From Clostridia bacterium (GTDB lineage: Bacteria > Bacillota > Clostridia > Christensenellales > CAG-138), in NCBI GenBank assembly GCA_033813015.1, contig JAPXSN010000002.1:1-55038 (forward strand): 55,038 nucleotides of DNA, written 5' to 3'. Below, piece by piece: positions 45,638 to 54,794 of this stretch. Within the stretch, counting starts at the first letter, position 1; the number at the start of each line of letters is the position of its first letter. The position numbers and the translations under genes were made by a program. The notes under the pieces were generated by a model. The model saw only the letters and a list, made by a program, of their open reading frames with translations. It was not told the origin of the DNA and did no database searches.

Positions 45638-46509
45638 TCAACATGAGGCATTGGGAGGATATCGCGCGCGCGAACGCGAACAACCGCCCGCAAACGAATG
45701 GCCGCCTATCGGGGAAGATCGCTCTTGTTACGGGCGGCGCACAGGGCTTCGGGCGGGGCATCGCGGAGGAATTATATCGCGAGGGCGCGCGCGTCTGCAT
45801 CGCCGACCTCAATGGGCCGCAGGCCATAAAGGCCGCCACGTCCCTCGGAGAGCGCGCCTTTGCCCTAAAGGCCGACGTAACGGACGAGGCGGATGTTGCT
45901 AGTATGGTCGCTGCGTGCGCGGAGCGCTTCGGCGGGCTCGACCTGCTCATCTCCAACGCGGGTATCCTGAGAGCGGGTTCGCTCGACGAAATGGAGAAAG
46001 CGGACTTTGAGCTCGTCACGGCCGTCAACTACACGGCATTCTTCACCTGCGTCAAATACGCGAGCCGCATCATGAAGGCGCAGCACGAGGGCGCGCCTGA
46101 GGCTTTTTACGACATCATAGAGATCAACTCCAAATCCGGTCTCGTCGGCAGCGAAAAGAACTTCGCCTACGCGGGCGGCAAGTTTGGCGGCATCGGTCTT
46201 ACGCAGAGCTTCGCACTCGAGCTTGCACCGTGGAACATCAAGGTTAACGCCGTCTGCCCCGGCAACTACTACGACGGGCCGCTCTGGAGCGACCCCGAGC
46301 GCGGCCTGTTCGTGCAATACCTGCGCGCGGGCAAAGTACCGGGCGCGAAGACCGTGGAGGATGTGAAAGCGCATTATCTCAAAAAATCGCTCATCAAGCG
46401 CGGCTGCGCACCCGCCGACGTGGCAAAGGCCATCCTCTACGCCGTGGAGCAGACGTTTGAAACGGGTCAGGCAATACCTGTGACGGGCGGGCAGGTGATG
46501 CTCAGGTGA
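45634..46509 (+). CDS. SDR-family oxidoreductase, sorbitol-6-phosphate dehydrogenase (SrlD)-like
   Basis: GKIALVTGGAQGFGRGIA, then …IIEINSKSGLVGSEKNFAYAGGKFGGIGLTQSFALELA…VTGGQVM, which closely recalls SrlD/GutD-type SDRs. There is an ATGA overlap with rhaB. Confidence 0.75.
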   Translation: MINMRHWEDIARANANNRPQTNGRLSGKIALVTGGAQGFGRGIAEELYREGARVCIADLNGPQAIKAATSLGERAFALKADVTDEADVASMVAACAERFGGLDLLISNAGILRAGSLDEMEKADFELVTAVNYTAFFTCVKYASRIMKAQHEGAPEAFYDIIEINSKSGLVGSEKNFAYAGGKFGGIGLTQSFALELAPWNIKVNAVCPGNYYDGPLWSDPERGLFVQYLRAGKVPGAKTVEDVKAHYLKKSLIKRGCAPADVAKAILYAVEQTFETGQAIPVTGGQVMLR

Positions 46510-47573
46510 TCGACAGGCTTCTGCTTGATAGACTCAACGCGTCCGCGAAGGAAGAGCGGCTTTGCGCCCTGCGGGAAGCGCTCAAAACGGCGGCATTCCC
46601 GCCCGTGGACGCGCGGCTCGTGAACAACCACATCCACACGACATTCTCGTTTTCGCCCTACTCTCCCGCCGCCGCGGTTTATGCCGCGCGTGCCGAAGGA
46701 CTTTGCACCTGCGGCATCGTGGATCACGATTCTATGGGCGGCGCGGAAGAATTCATCGAGGCGGGAAAGCTCGCGGGCATCCCGACGACCGTAGGGGTCG
46801 AGTGCCGCGTTTCCATGGCGGACACGCCGTTTGGAAGCCTGCGCACCAACAATCCCGATCAAGTCGGTTTGAGCTATATGGTGATGCACGGCATGCCGCA
46901 ACGTTTCATTCCGCGCGTGCAGGAGTTCTTCGCACCCCTTCGCGAGCGCCGCAACGCGCGCAACCGCGCTATGCTCGCGCGCATCAACCGGAAAATAGAC
47001 GTTGAGCTCGATTTCGAGCGCGACGTGCTGCCCCTCTCCCAATATGCAAACGGCGGCACGGTCACGGAGAGGCATCTCCTGCAGGCACTCGCGCGGAAAA
47101 TAGCGCCGCAGAATGATCTGCTTGCAGAATACGACCTTATCGGCAGGCTCAAAAAGGACTGCATCCCGGATGTTTACATTGAGGCGACGGACGAATGTCC
47201 CCTGCTCGCGCAAATCGCCGCGCTCGCCGAAGAAACGCACGCCATACTTTGTTACGCGTATCTGGGCGACGTGACGGAATCCGTCACCGGCGACAAGAAG
47301 GCGCAGCGCTTCGAGGATGAGCGCCTCGACGCACTGTTTGAAACGCTCGGCGCAAGCGGCATCCGCGCCGTCACCTATATGCCCACGCGCAACACGGACG
47401 CGCAGCTTGCGCGCGTGCGCGCGCTGTGCGAGCAATACGGTTTCATGCAGGTGAGCGGCGAGGACATCAACTCGCCAAGGCAAAGCTTCATCATCGAAAA
47501 AATGCGCGACGTGAACTTCGCGAACCTCATCGAGAGCACATGGGCCATTATCCGCAACGAAAGAGAGGCGTAA
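46506..47573 (+). CDS. PHP-domain metal-dependent phosphoesterase
   Basis: 355 aa. …VNNHIHTTFSFSPYSP…GIVDHDSMGG… is the PHP motif. The GTG start overlaps the SDR stop. Confidence 0.75.
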   Translation: MIDRLLLDRLNASAKEERLCALREALKTAAFPPVDARLVNNHIHTTFSFSPYSPAAAVYAARAEGLCTCGIVDHDSMGGAEEFIEAGKLAGIPTTVGVECRVSMADTPFGSLRTNNPDQVGLSYMVMHGMPQRFIPRVQEFFAPLRERRNARNRAMLARINRKIDVELDFERDVLPLSQYANGGTVTERHLLQALARKIAPQNDLLAEYDLIGRLKKDCIPDVYIEATDECPLLAQIAALAEETHAILCYAYLGDVTESVTGDKKAQRFEDERLDALFETLGASGIRAVTYMPTRNTDAQLARVRALCEQYGFMQVSGEDINSPRQSFIIEKMRDVNFANLIESTWAIIRNEREA

Positions 47574-47657
47574 GATGAACCTTTCCTATCTGCATCCGGC
47601 CGACTTCACGGCGATGTTCATGCAGCGCACCTACGACCGCGTTAGGAGGTACCAATT

Positions 47658-48926
47658 TTGAAGACGAAAGCCCTGCGCCTCTACGGCGCGAACGATCTGA
47701 GGCTGGAGGAATTCGAGCTCGGCCCCGTCGGGGACGACGACGTCCTGTGCGAGGTCGTTTGCGACAGCCTCTGCATGTCGAGCTATAAGGAGCTTACCCA
47801 AGGCGCGGCACACAAGCGCGTGCCGCAGGATGTCGCGCAAAATCCGGTCATCATCGGACACGAGTTTTGCGGAAGGATCCTCGAGGTTGGCAGGAACTGG
47901 CGGCACAAATATCAGGAAGGCGCCGGCTTCGCCATACAGCCCGCGCATTTCTATAACGGATCTCTATCCGCCCCCGGCTACTCCTACCCGCTGTGCGGCG
48001 GCGACGCGACGCATGTGAAGATCCCCAAGGACATACTGCTTGCGGATTGTCTGCTGCCCTATGAGAGCGACACGTTTTTTTTCGGCTCTCTCGCGGAACC
48101 CATGAGCTGCATCGTGGGCACGTTCCACGCCATATACCACACGAAACCCGGCAGCTATGAGCATCAAATGGGCATTGCGCAGGGCGGCAAGCTCGCGCTG
48201 CTCGCAGGCGCGGGGCCTATGGGCCTCGGCTCCATCGATTACGCGCTGCACTGTGAGCGCAGACCGGGACTTTTGGTGGTAACGGATATTGACGAGGGGC
48301 GCCTTGCGCGGGCGCAGAGCATCTATACCTTGGAGCACGCGGCGGAATGCGGCGTCAAACTCGTCTATCTCAACACCGCGAAAGCCGAAGATCCTGTTTC
48401 CGCACTGGTGGAACTTGCGGGCGGTTCCGGCTTCGACGACGTGATCTGCTTCGCGCCCGTGCGCACAGTCGTCGAGCAAGCGGACGCCATCCTCGGCTTC
48501 GATGGCTGCCTCAACTTCTTCGCGGGGCCGTCGGACACGGCTTTTTCGGCTCCCGTCAACTTCTACAACGTCCACTATGCAAGCCATCATCTGGTCGGCA
48601 CGTCGGGCGGCAACACCGGGGACATGCGCGAGGCCATCGCGCTTATGAACGCAGGCAAAATCAATCCTGCGGCCATGATCACGCACATAGGCGGGCTCGA
48701 CTGCGCAGCCGAAACCACGGCGAACCTTCCTCGCATCCCGGGTGGGAAGAAGCTCATCTACAACCAGATCAGTCTGCCGCTGACCGCGCTCGCGGACTTC
48801 GGGGAAAAGGGCAAATCCGACCCTCTGTTTCGAAAGCTCAACGAAATCGTGAACGCGCACAACGGCTTATGGTGTGCCGAGGCCGAGAACCACCTGCTCG
48901 CGCACGCAAGAACGGAGGCGAACTAG
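47658..48926 (+). CDS. Zinc-type MDR dehydrogenase, L-sorbose-1-phosphate reductase (SorE)-like
   Basis: 422 aa. MKTKALRLYGANDLRLEEFELGPV…DSLCMSSYKELTQGAAHKRVP…IIGHEFCG…. The TTG start lies 7 nt after AGGAGG. Confidence 0.7.
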   Translation: MKTKALRLYGANDLRLEEFELGPVGDDDVLCEVVCDSLCMSSYKELTQGAAHKRVPQDVAQNPVIIGHEFCGRILEVGRNWRHKYQEGAGFAIQPAHFYNGSLSAPGYSYPLCGGDATHVKIPKDILLADCLLPYESDTFFFGSLAEPMSCIVGTFHAIYHTKPGSYEHQMGIAQGGKLALLAGAGPMGLGSIDYALHCERRPGLLVVTDIDEGRLARAQSIYTLEHAAECGVKLVYLNTAKAEDPVSALVELAGGSGFDDVICFAPVRTVVEQADAILGFDGCLNFFAGPSDTAFSAPVNFYNVHYASHHLVGTSGGNTGDMREAIALMNAGKINPAAMITHIGGLDCAAETTANLPRIPGGKKLIYNQISLPLTALADFGEKGKSDPLFRKLNEIVNAHNGLWCAEAENHLLAHARTEAN

Positions 48927-48927
48927 C

Positions 48928-50160
48928 ATGGCTACGGCGGTCATTTTGCCCAAGCAGGGGCAATCGGTCGAAAGCTGCGTCATCGGGGAGTGGCTAAAAA
49001 AGGTCGGCGATGAGATCAGGGTCGGCGATGTGCTGTTCACCTACGAAACGGACAAATCCGCCTTCGCGGAGGAAGCCAAAACGGATGGCACGCTGCTTGC
49101 CGTATTCTTTGAGCAGGGAGAGGATGTGCCCTGCCTGACTACGGTAGCCCTCATAGGGCAACGGGGTGAGGATGTTTCCTCTTTTGTACCCAAAAGCGGC
49201 GTGAGCCCTGTGCAGAAAGCAGCGATACCCGCGCAGGCCGAATTTTTCGCGGCCTCCTTCGCGCCTACTGCGGAGCGCGCTTCGGGCGTATCTGCGCGCG
49301 CACGGGCGGCGGCGGAACGCATGAATCTCGATATCAACAACGCCGCGCCCTCCGGCCCGAACGGTCGTATCATCGAGCGCGACGTGCTCGCCCTCGCGGG
49401 GAACCGCATAGGGGGTATTGGGCAGACCGCCGCGCCGCAGACCGGCGCGCAAACGCCGCTTATGGCTGTCGGCGCGTTTAAGGATGAAAAAATGTCCCCA
49501 GCGCGCCGCATCATCGCCAAGAATATGTTCGAGAGCCTGCAGGGCACGGCGCAGCTCACGCACACGGCCTCGTTCGACGCGACGGAGATACTCGCGCTTC
49601 GCGCGTGGTATAAGGTAGAGAAGGTCGCCGTCACGCTCAACGACATGATCCTCTTTGCCGCGTCGCGCGTGCTCAGAAGCTGCGCTTACATGAACGCCCA
49701 CTGTTTGGGTGAAACGTTGCGGACTTTCGAGCATGTCCACCTCGGCGTCGCGGTTGATACGCCGCGCGGCCTTCTCGTGCCCACGCTGTTCAACGCGGAT
49801 GAAAAGAGTCTCGCAGAAATCGCAGCGGAGGCTCGTTCGCTCGCGCTTGCTGCGCGGGATGGGAACATTTCGCCCGATCTTCTCCAGGGCGGCACGTTTA
49901 CGGTATCGAATCTCGGCGCATATGGAATCGAGCACTTCACGCCCGTCATCAATCCGCCGCAGGTGAGCATCCTCGGCGTAAACTGCATCACGGAGCGCGT
50001 GCGCACATTGAACGGCGTCGTCACAACCTATCCCGCGATGGGGCTTTCGCTGACCTACGATCACCGCGCGGTGGACGGTGGGCCCGCGTCGAAGTTTTTG
50101 CAGGAGCTCGCCAATGCGCTCGCGCATTTTGACGAGACGGCCGCGCAGTGCGGCATTTGA
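48928..50160 (+). CDS. Dihydrolipoamide acyltransferase (E2) of a 2-oxoacid/acetoin dehydrogenase-type complex
   Basis: Lipoyl domain with YETDKS, a peripheral-subunit-binding-like segment (…APSGPNGRIIERDV…), and the catalytic motif LTYDHRAVDGGPA. Confidence 0.88.
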   Translation: MATAVILPKQGQSVESCVIGEWLKKVGDEIRVGDVLFTYETDKSAFAEEAKTDGTLLAVFFEQGEDVPCLTTVALIGQRGEDVSSFVPKSGVSPVQKAAIPAQAEFFAASFAPTAERASGVSARARAAAERMNLDINNAAPSGPNGRIIERDVLALAGNRIGGIGQTAAPQTGAQTPLMAVGAFKDEKMSPARRIIAKNMFESLQGTAQLTHTASFDATEILALRAWYKVEKVAVTLNDMILFAASRVLRSCAYMNAHCLGETLRTFEHVHLGVAVDTPRGLLVPTLFNADEKSLAEIAAEARSLALAARDGNISPDLLQGGTFTVSNLGAYGIEHFTPVINPPQVSILGVNCITERVRTLNGVVTTYPAMGLSLTYDHRAVDGGPASKFLQELANALAHFDETAAQCGI

Positions 50161-50181
50161 ATAAAGTGAGGCGAACAAACG

Positions 50182-52647
50182 ATGAGTAAACAGTTGACCG
50201 TCGATCCCTCGAAGGTACGGAAACCCGAGGCGTGTCGCGTTCCGGAAATCCCCGTGAATGTCTATCAGAAGAGCGTGAAGGACGAGCTTTCGAACTTCAT
50301 AAAGGATGAGTTTTTGCGCATCTATCGCGACATGTGCATGATCCGCGAATTTGAAACCATGCTCAACCTCATTAAGACCACGGGCGAGTATCGCGGCGTC
50401 GCTTACGATCATCCCGGCCCCGCGCATTTGGGCATCGGGCAGGAGGCGACCTACGTCGGCGCGGCGTATTGCCTGACGCTTGAGGATGTTACCTTCGGCT
50501 CGCACCGCAGCCACGGCGAGATTCTCGCCAAAGGGCTGCGTTCCATAGAAATCCTTCCGGAGGCAGAGCTGCTCGGCGTCATGGAGGGCTTCTTCGGCGG
50601 CAAGACCTACCGCGCAGCGCGAGAGGAAGGCAAGAGCATCCGTGAGAACGGCCTGAGCTTCCTGCTCTACGGTACGATGTGCGAGATCTTCGCGCGAGAG
50701 AACGGCTTCAACAAGGGTCTGGGCGGGTCGATGCACGCATTCTTCACGCCGTTTGGCATTTACCCCAACAACGCCATCGTCGGCGGCAGCGGCTCCATCG
50801 CGCCGGGCGCGGCGCTCTATAAGCTCATCAACAAAAAACCCGGCGTTGTCGTCTGTAACATTGGCGACGGCTCGCTTGCCTGCGGCCCCGTTTGGGAAGG
50901 GCTCATGATCTCCGCCATGGACCAAGTGCGAACCCTCTGGGGAAAGAACGGCGGCGCAATGCCGATACTCTATCATATCAACGACAACTTCTACGGCATG
51001 GGCGGGCAGACGCGCGGGGAAACCATGGGCTACGACATGGCTGCGCGCGTGGCGGCGGGCGTTCGACCGGACGCTCTAAACGCAGAGCGCGTAGACGGCT
51101 ACAATCCTCTCGCCGTAATAGACGCATACAGGCGAAAGCTCCCATTGGCGAAATCCGGCGGGCCGGTCTTCCTCGACGTGGTGACTTATCGCATCTCCGG
51201 GCACAGCCCTTCGGATTCCTCAACCTACCGCACCAAGGAGGAGATCGCCGCGTGGGAAGCGCAGGACTCCATACTCTCATTCGGCGCGCAGCTCGTCGAA
51301 GCGGGCGTCGCCACGCAAAGCAGCCTCGACGCAATCCGAAAGAAGGTGGATGAAGACATCTTCCGTTGCTTCCGACTAGCGGCCGACGAGAAAATCTCCC
51401 CGCGCGCGGATGTGTTTGGCGCGCAGAATGATTTCATAGGCAATCTGATGTTCTCGAACCGGACCGTACGCGCTTTCGACGCGGATAGGAAGCCCGACGT
51501 ACTCCTGCCCTACGAGGAATGTCCGCGCGTGCAGCAGATCGCCAAGAAGGCGCGCTTCGCCTTCGATGAAGCCGGAAACCCCATCTCGAAAAACAAGGTC
51601 TACCAGCTTCGCGACGGCATAGCGGAACCGATCATAAAAAAGTTTTATGAAGACCCTACGCTCGCCGCCTTCGGCGAGGACGTGCGGGACTGGGGCGGCG
51701 CATTCGCGGTCTATCGCGGCATGACGGAGGCCATTCCCTATCATCGCCTGTTCAACACGCCCATCGCGGAAGCGGGCATCGTAGGCGCGGCGGTTGGTTA
51801 TGCCATGAGCGGTGGCCGCGCGATCGCCGAGATCATGTACTGCGACTTCGTCGGCCGCGCGGGCGACGAAATCTTCAACCAGCTTTCCAAGTGGCAGGCA
51901 ATGAGCGCGGGGCTCATTAAAATGCCGGTGGTTCTTCGCATGAGCGTAGGCAGCAAGTACGGCGCGCAGCACTCGCAGGATTGGTCTGCGCTGATCGCGC
52001 ACATCCCGGGCTTGAAGCTTGTCTTCCCCGCCACGCCCTATGACGCAAAGGGGCTCATGCAAAGCGCACTCAACGGCACCGACCCGGTGGTCTTTCTCGA
52101 GAGCCAGCGCATCTACGACGCGGGCGAACAGTTCCATGCGGGAGGTGTGCCCGAGGCGGAATACGAGATCCCCATCGGTGAGCCGGACATCAAGCGCGAG
52201 GGCAAGGATGTGACCATCCTCTCCATAGGAGCGACGCTGTATCGCGCGCTCAGGGCTTGCGACATTTTGCAGGAGAAATACGGCGTTTCGGCGGAGCTCA
52301 TCGACGCGCGCTCACTGGTGCCGTTCAATTACGAGCCGGTCCTGGCGAGCGTCAAAAAAACCGGCCGCATCGTCGTGACCGGAGACGCTTGCGAGCGCAA
52401 CAGCTTTATGCGCAACATGGCAAGCTGCATCGCCGAGCTATGCTTCGACGATCTTGACGCGCCGCCCGTGGTAGTGGGTGCTAAAAATTGGATTACCCCC
52501 GCGCACGAAATGGAAAACGCCTTCTTTCCGCAGCCGGAGTGGATCGTGGATGCGATACATGAGCGCATCCTGCCGCTGCCCGGGCATATTTGCCGGCACA
52601 ACTTCACGCTGCTGGAGCAAGTGCGGGAGAATCAGCGAGGGGTCTAG
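50182..52647 (+). CDS. Fused E1 alpha-beta TPP-dependent dehydrogenase component
   Basis: 821 aa. The alpha part carries the TPP motif (…NIGDGSLACGP…INDNFYGMGG…). The beta part is transketolase-like (…FNTPIAEAGIVGAAVGYA…, …FPATPYDAKGL…). Confidence 0.85.
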   Translation: MSKQLTVDPSKVRKPEACRVPEIPVNVYQKSVKDELSNFIKDEFLRIYRDMCMIREFETMLNLIKTTGEYRGVAYDHPGPAHLGIGQEATYVGAAYCLTLEDVTFGSHRSHGEILAKGLRSIEILPEAELLGVMEGFFGGKTYRAAREEGKSIRENGLSFLLYGTMCEIFARENGFNKGLGGSMHAFFTPFGIYPNNAIVGGSGSIAPGAALYKLINKKPGVVVCNIGDGSLACGPVWEGLMISAMDQVRTLWGKNGGAMPILYHINDNFYGMGGQTRGETMGYDMAARVAAGVRPDALNAERVDGYNPLAVIDAYRRKLPLAKSGGPVFLDVVTYRISGHSPSDSSTYRTKEEIAAWEAQDSILSFGAQLVEAGVATQSSLDAIRKKVDEDIFRCFRLAADEKISPRADVFGAQNDFIGNLMFSNRTVRAFDADRKPDVLLPYEECPRVQQIAKKARFAFDEAGNPISKNKVYQLRDGIAEPIIKKFYEDPTLAAFGEDVRDWGGAFAVYRGMTEAIPYHRLFNTPIAEAGIVGAAVGYAMSGGRAIAEIMYCDFVGRAGDEIFNQLSKWQAMSAGLIKMPVVLRMSVGSKYGAQHSQDWSALIAHIPGLKLVFPATPYDAKGLMQSALNGTDPVVFLESQRIYDAGEQFHAGGVPEAEYEIPIGEPDIKREGKDVTILSIGATLYRALRACDILQEKYGVSAELIDARSLVPFNYEPVLASVKKTGRIVVTGDACERNSFMRNMASCIAELCFDDLDAPPVVVGAKNWITPAHEMENAFFPQPEWIVDAIHERILPLPGHICRHNFTLLEQVRENQRGV

Positions 52648-52721
52648 GCGTGCGCCGTACGGCCAGCCGTGAATAGAAAAGAAAAGGAGCCAAACATGAA
52701 ACAGCAACCGGGGCGCACGCG

Positions 52722-53270
52722 TCAGAGGCAGCCGTTTTCCGTGTTCCAGCCGATCACGACAGGCAACAGCTCCTCAAACAGCGCGTCCCTGTTTTCTCCG
52801 TCTATCCGATAAACCCTTGCGTTCGGATGGGCGCGCACCTCGTTGAGGAAAGGCACGTCGAAGCGGTCCTTCACCGCGGCGATGGCCGGTATGCGCCCGT
52901 CCAGCGCTCGAAAGACGGCCTGAACGAATGCTTCCGCCCGGGCCTCCATGAAGCCCAACTCATCCATGACGATGACGCCGTCCGGCCGGGCCTCGGAAAT
53001 GTATTGCACGCCGAGCGAATTGAATACTTCGAGAGCCACCTCGCGCTCCTTTGAATTGCATACGCCTATCCGGTTTTCAGCATCATGTACCCGTTCGGAC
53101 GCGCCCGCCGGATGGATGTAAACGGGATGAAAGCCCGTTTCGTCGGCCGCAAGCCGCTTTGTGACGAAGCCGTATACGGGCCGCGCGCTGTGCGCGAGCA
53201 GTTTTTGGATCAGTGTGCTTTTGCCGATTCCGCGCTCCCCGCAGATGAGGATATGCCTGGGCTGCATCAT
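52722..53270 (-). CDS. Nucleoside-triphosphatase, THEP1/NTPase_1-like P-loop protein
   Basis: MMQPRHILICGERGIGKSTLIQKLL…VIVMDELGFME (Walker A and B). The ATG at 53270 lies 7 nt after GAGG. Confidence 0.7.
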   Translation of the reverse strand: MMQPRHILICGERGIGKSTLIQKLLAHSARPVYGFVTKRLAADETGFHPVYIHPAGASERVHDAENRIGVCNSKEREVALEVFNSLGVQYISEARPDGVIVMDELGFMEARAEAFVQAVFRALDGRIPAIAAVKDRFDVPFLNEVRAHPNARVYRIDGENRDALFEELLPVVIGWNTENGCL

Positions 53271-53366
53271 ATGTTTGCCTCGCTTATACAACGTTTTAAC
53301 CCGCACAGCGGTATTGGAAACTTTGTACCGCCATTCCTTTCCCCAGACCGTTGACGGAGAGCCAGC

Positions 53367-54563
53367 CTAATTGTCAATTCTCCAAAATCGCATCCCTCCT
53401 GCATAATCGCACGCCTGCAAAACCGCGCCCGCGCGCGCAGATAGGCGCACGCCTGGCGCTGGAAGCAGCGCGTAGTTTTCGGAATGAAAGATTCCTTTTG
53501 CGTCTATGGCGCCGAGGGCAGCGTAGGCGACGCCCCATTTGCTCGAAAATCCACGGAACGTGAGCTCGACCCGCCCGTCCGCGCGGGATACGGCGTAGTC
53601 CGCTGAAATGTCGGCTTCCGGCATGACAGGATACTCGATGCGCATCTCGGCGGCGTCCTTGAGCAAGGAACCCTCGCGGTGCCCCTCGAGCTGGCGACGG
53701 CGCAGCATGCCCATCGCGGCCGGGGAGGAATCCACAGCGAGGTAGCATCGGCCGAGCGAGGAAGCCGCGGCCGCCGTCGTGCCGCTTCCGGAAAAGAAGT
53801 CCGCCACGAGGTCGCCCTGCTTCGAGGAAGCGAGTATCATGCGGCGTAACAGCGCCGCGGGCTTCTGCGTCGCAAAGCCCGTGCGCTCGGGATCGCGCTG
53901 GTGCATGTGCTCGATGTCGTCCCACACGTCGCTCGGGTAAATGGGCGTATCCTCATAATAGGTGTAGGTCTTGCCGCCGGAGCGGATGGAAAAGCACACG
54001 CGCCCGTCCGCGTCGACGGTACGCTTCATGTTGTTGCGCTTCTGCGGGCCGCGCGGCATGCCCACGGCCGCGATGTCGAAGTAGACCGAGGGGGATTTTC
54101 GGTAGAAGAGTATGGTGTCGTGCTTCCTCGAATAGTGCCGCAGAGAGCGCCCGCCGGATTTGTAGGTCCAGACGATCTCGTTGAGGAAGTTTTCCTCGCC
54201 GAAGATCTCGTCCATCACGAGGCGCAGCTTCGCGCTCATCCTGTAGTCGATGTGCAGGTAGATCGAGCCGTCGGCCGCGAGCAGCGCGTGGCAGGCGCGA
54301 AGCACCTTTCGCATCATGCCGAGATACGCTTTCTCGCCGAGGCTGTCCGAATAGACCGGCACGACGAGCTTCTGCTTCGCGCCCGCAGGCTTGATGGAGA
54401 AGGTTTCGCCCGTTCCGAAGGGCGGGTCGATGCAGATCAGGCGCACGCGGCCTTCATACTCGCCCAGAAGCTCGGACGCGAGCTCCTCCGCCCTGCCGAG
54501 CAGGAAACGGCCGGGGCCTCCCACCGGGTACGCTTCGCCCCGGACGACGAAATTCCGTTCCAT
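53367..54563 (-). CDS. Site-specific DNA methyltransferase, beta-class N6/N4 type (probably N6-adenine), with a ~100-aa C-terminal extension
   Basis: Motif IV LICIDPPFGTGE precedes motif I DLVADFFSGSGTTAAAA. This is the beta permutation, and DPPF favours m6A. The ATG at 54563 follows GGGAGGG. Confidence 0.8.
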   Translation of the reverse strand: MERNFVVRGEAYPVGGPGRFLLGRAEELASELLGEYEGRVRLICIDPPFGTGETFSIKPAGAKQKLVVPVYSDSLGEKAYLGMMRKVLRACHALLAADGSIYLHIDYRMSAKLRLVMDEIFGEENFLNEIVWTYKSGGRSLRHYSRKHDTILFYRKSPSVYFDIAAVGMPRGPQKRNNMKRTVDADGRVCFSIRSGGKTYTYYEDTPIYPSDVWDDIEHMHQRDPERTGFATQKPAALLRRMILASSKQGDLVADFFSGSGTTAAAASSLGRCYLAVDSSPAAMGMLRRRQLEGHREGSLLKDAAEMRIEYPVMPEADISADYAVSRADGRVELTFRGFSSKWGVAYAALGAIDAKGIFHSENYALLPAPGVRLSARAGAVLQACDYAGGMRFWRIDN

Positions 54564-54757
54564 ACCGTCCCTCCCACATGATGATATGTTGCGTCCGGAC
54601 ATGCCAAGGCGAAAAGGCTTCCGCGATTCCCGGGGGATTGTCAAGCGGCCGCGGCCCCCTGGCTTTCGTACCTTCCGCGCTTTGCTGCCCGGAAACGCGC
54701 AGCGTTTCAGGCAAAGCGTGCACTCTCAAAAAAACGGCGAAGCCGCTTTTTTGATAT

Positions 54758-54782
54758 GAAAACGCCCCGGGCATGCCGGGGC
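54758..54782 (-). terminator. Rho-independent terminator after the right-hand GntR gene
   Basis: Minus strand reads GCCCCGG-CATGC-CCGGGGC-GTTTTC, starting about 12 nt after the TAA at 54795-54797. Confidence 0.65.
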
Positions 54783-54794
54783 AAGGACCGCATA

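Noticed and set aside
52648-52721. A 9-bp long-range complementarity (GCGTGCGCC…GGCGCACGC) and a small plus-strand ORF (MKQQPGRTRQ…) between the E1 gene and the NTPase gene.
   Set aside because: The loop is about 50 nt and there is no U-run, so this is not a canonical terminator. The small ORF runs antisense into the NTPase gene's 3' end and has no supporting features.
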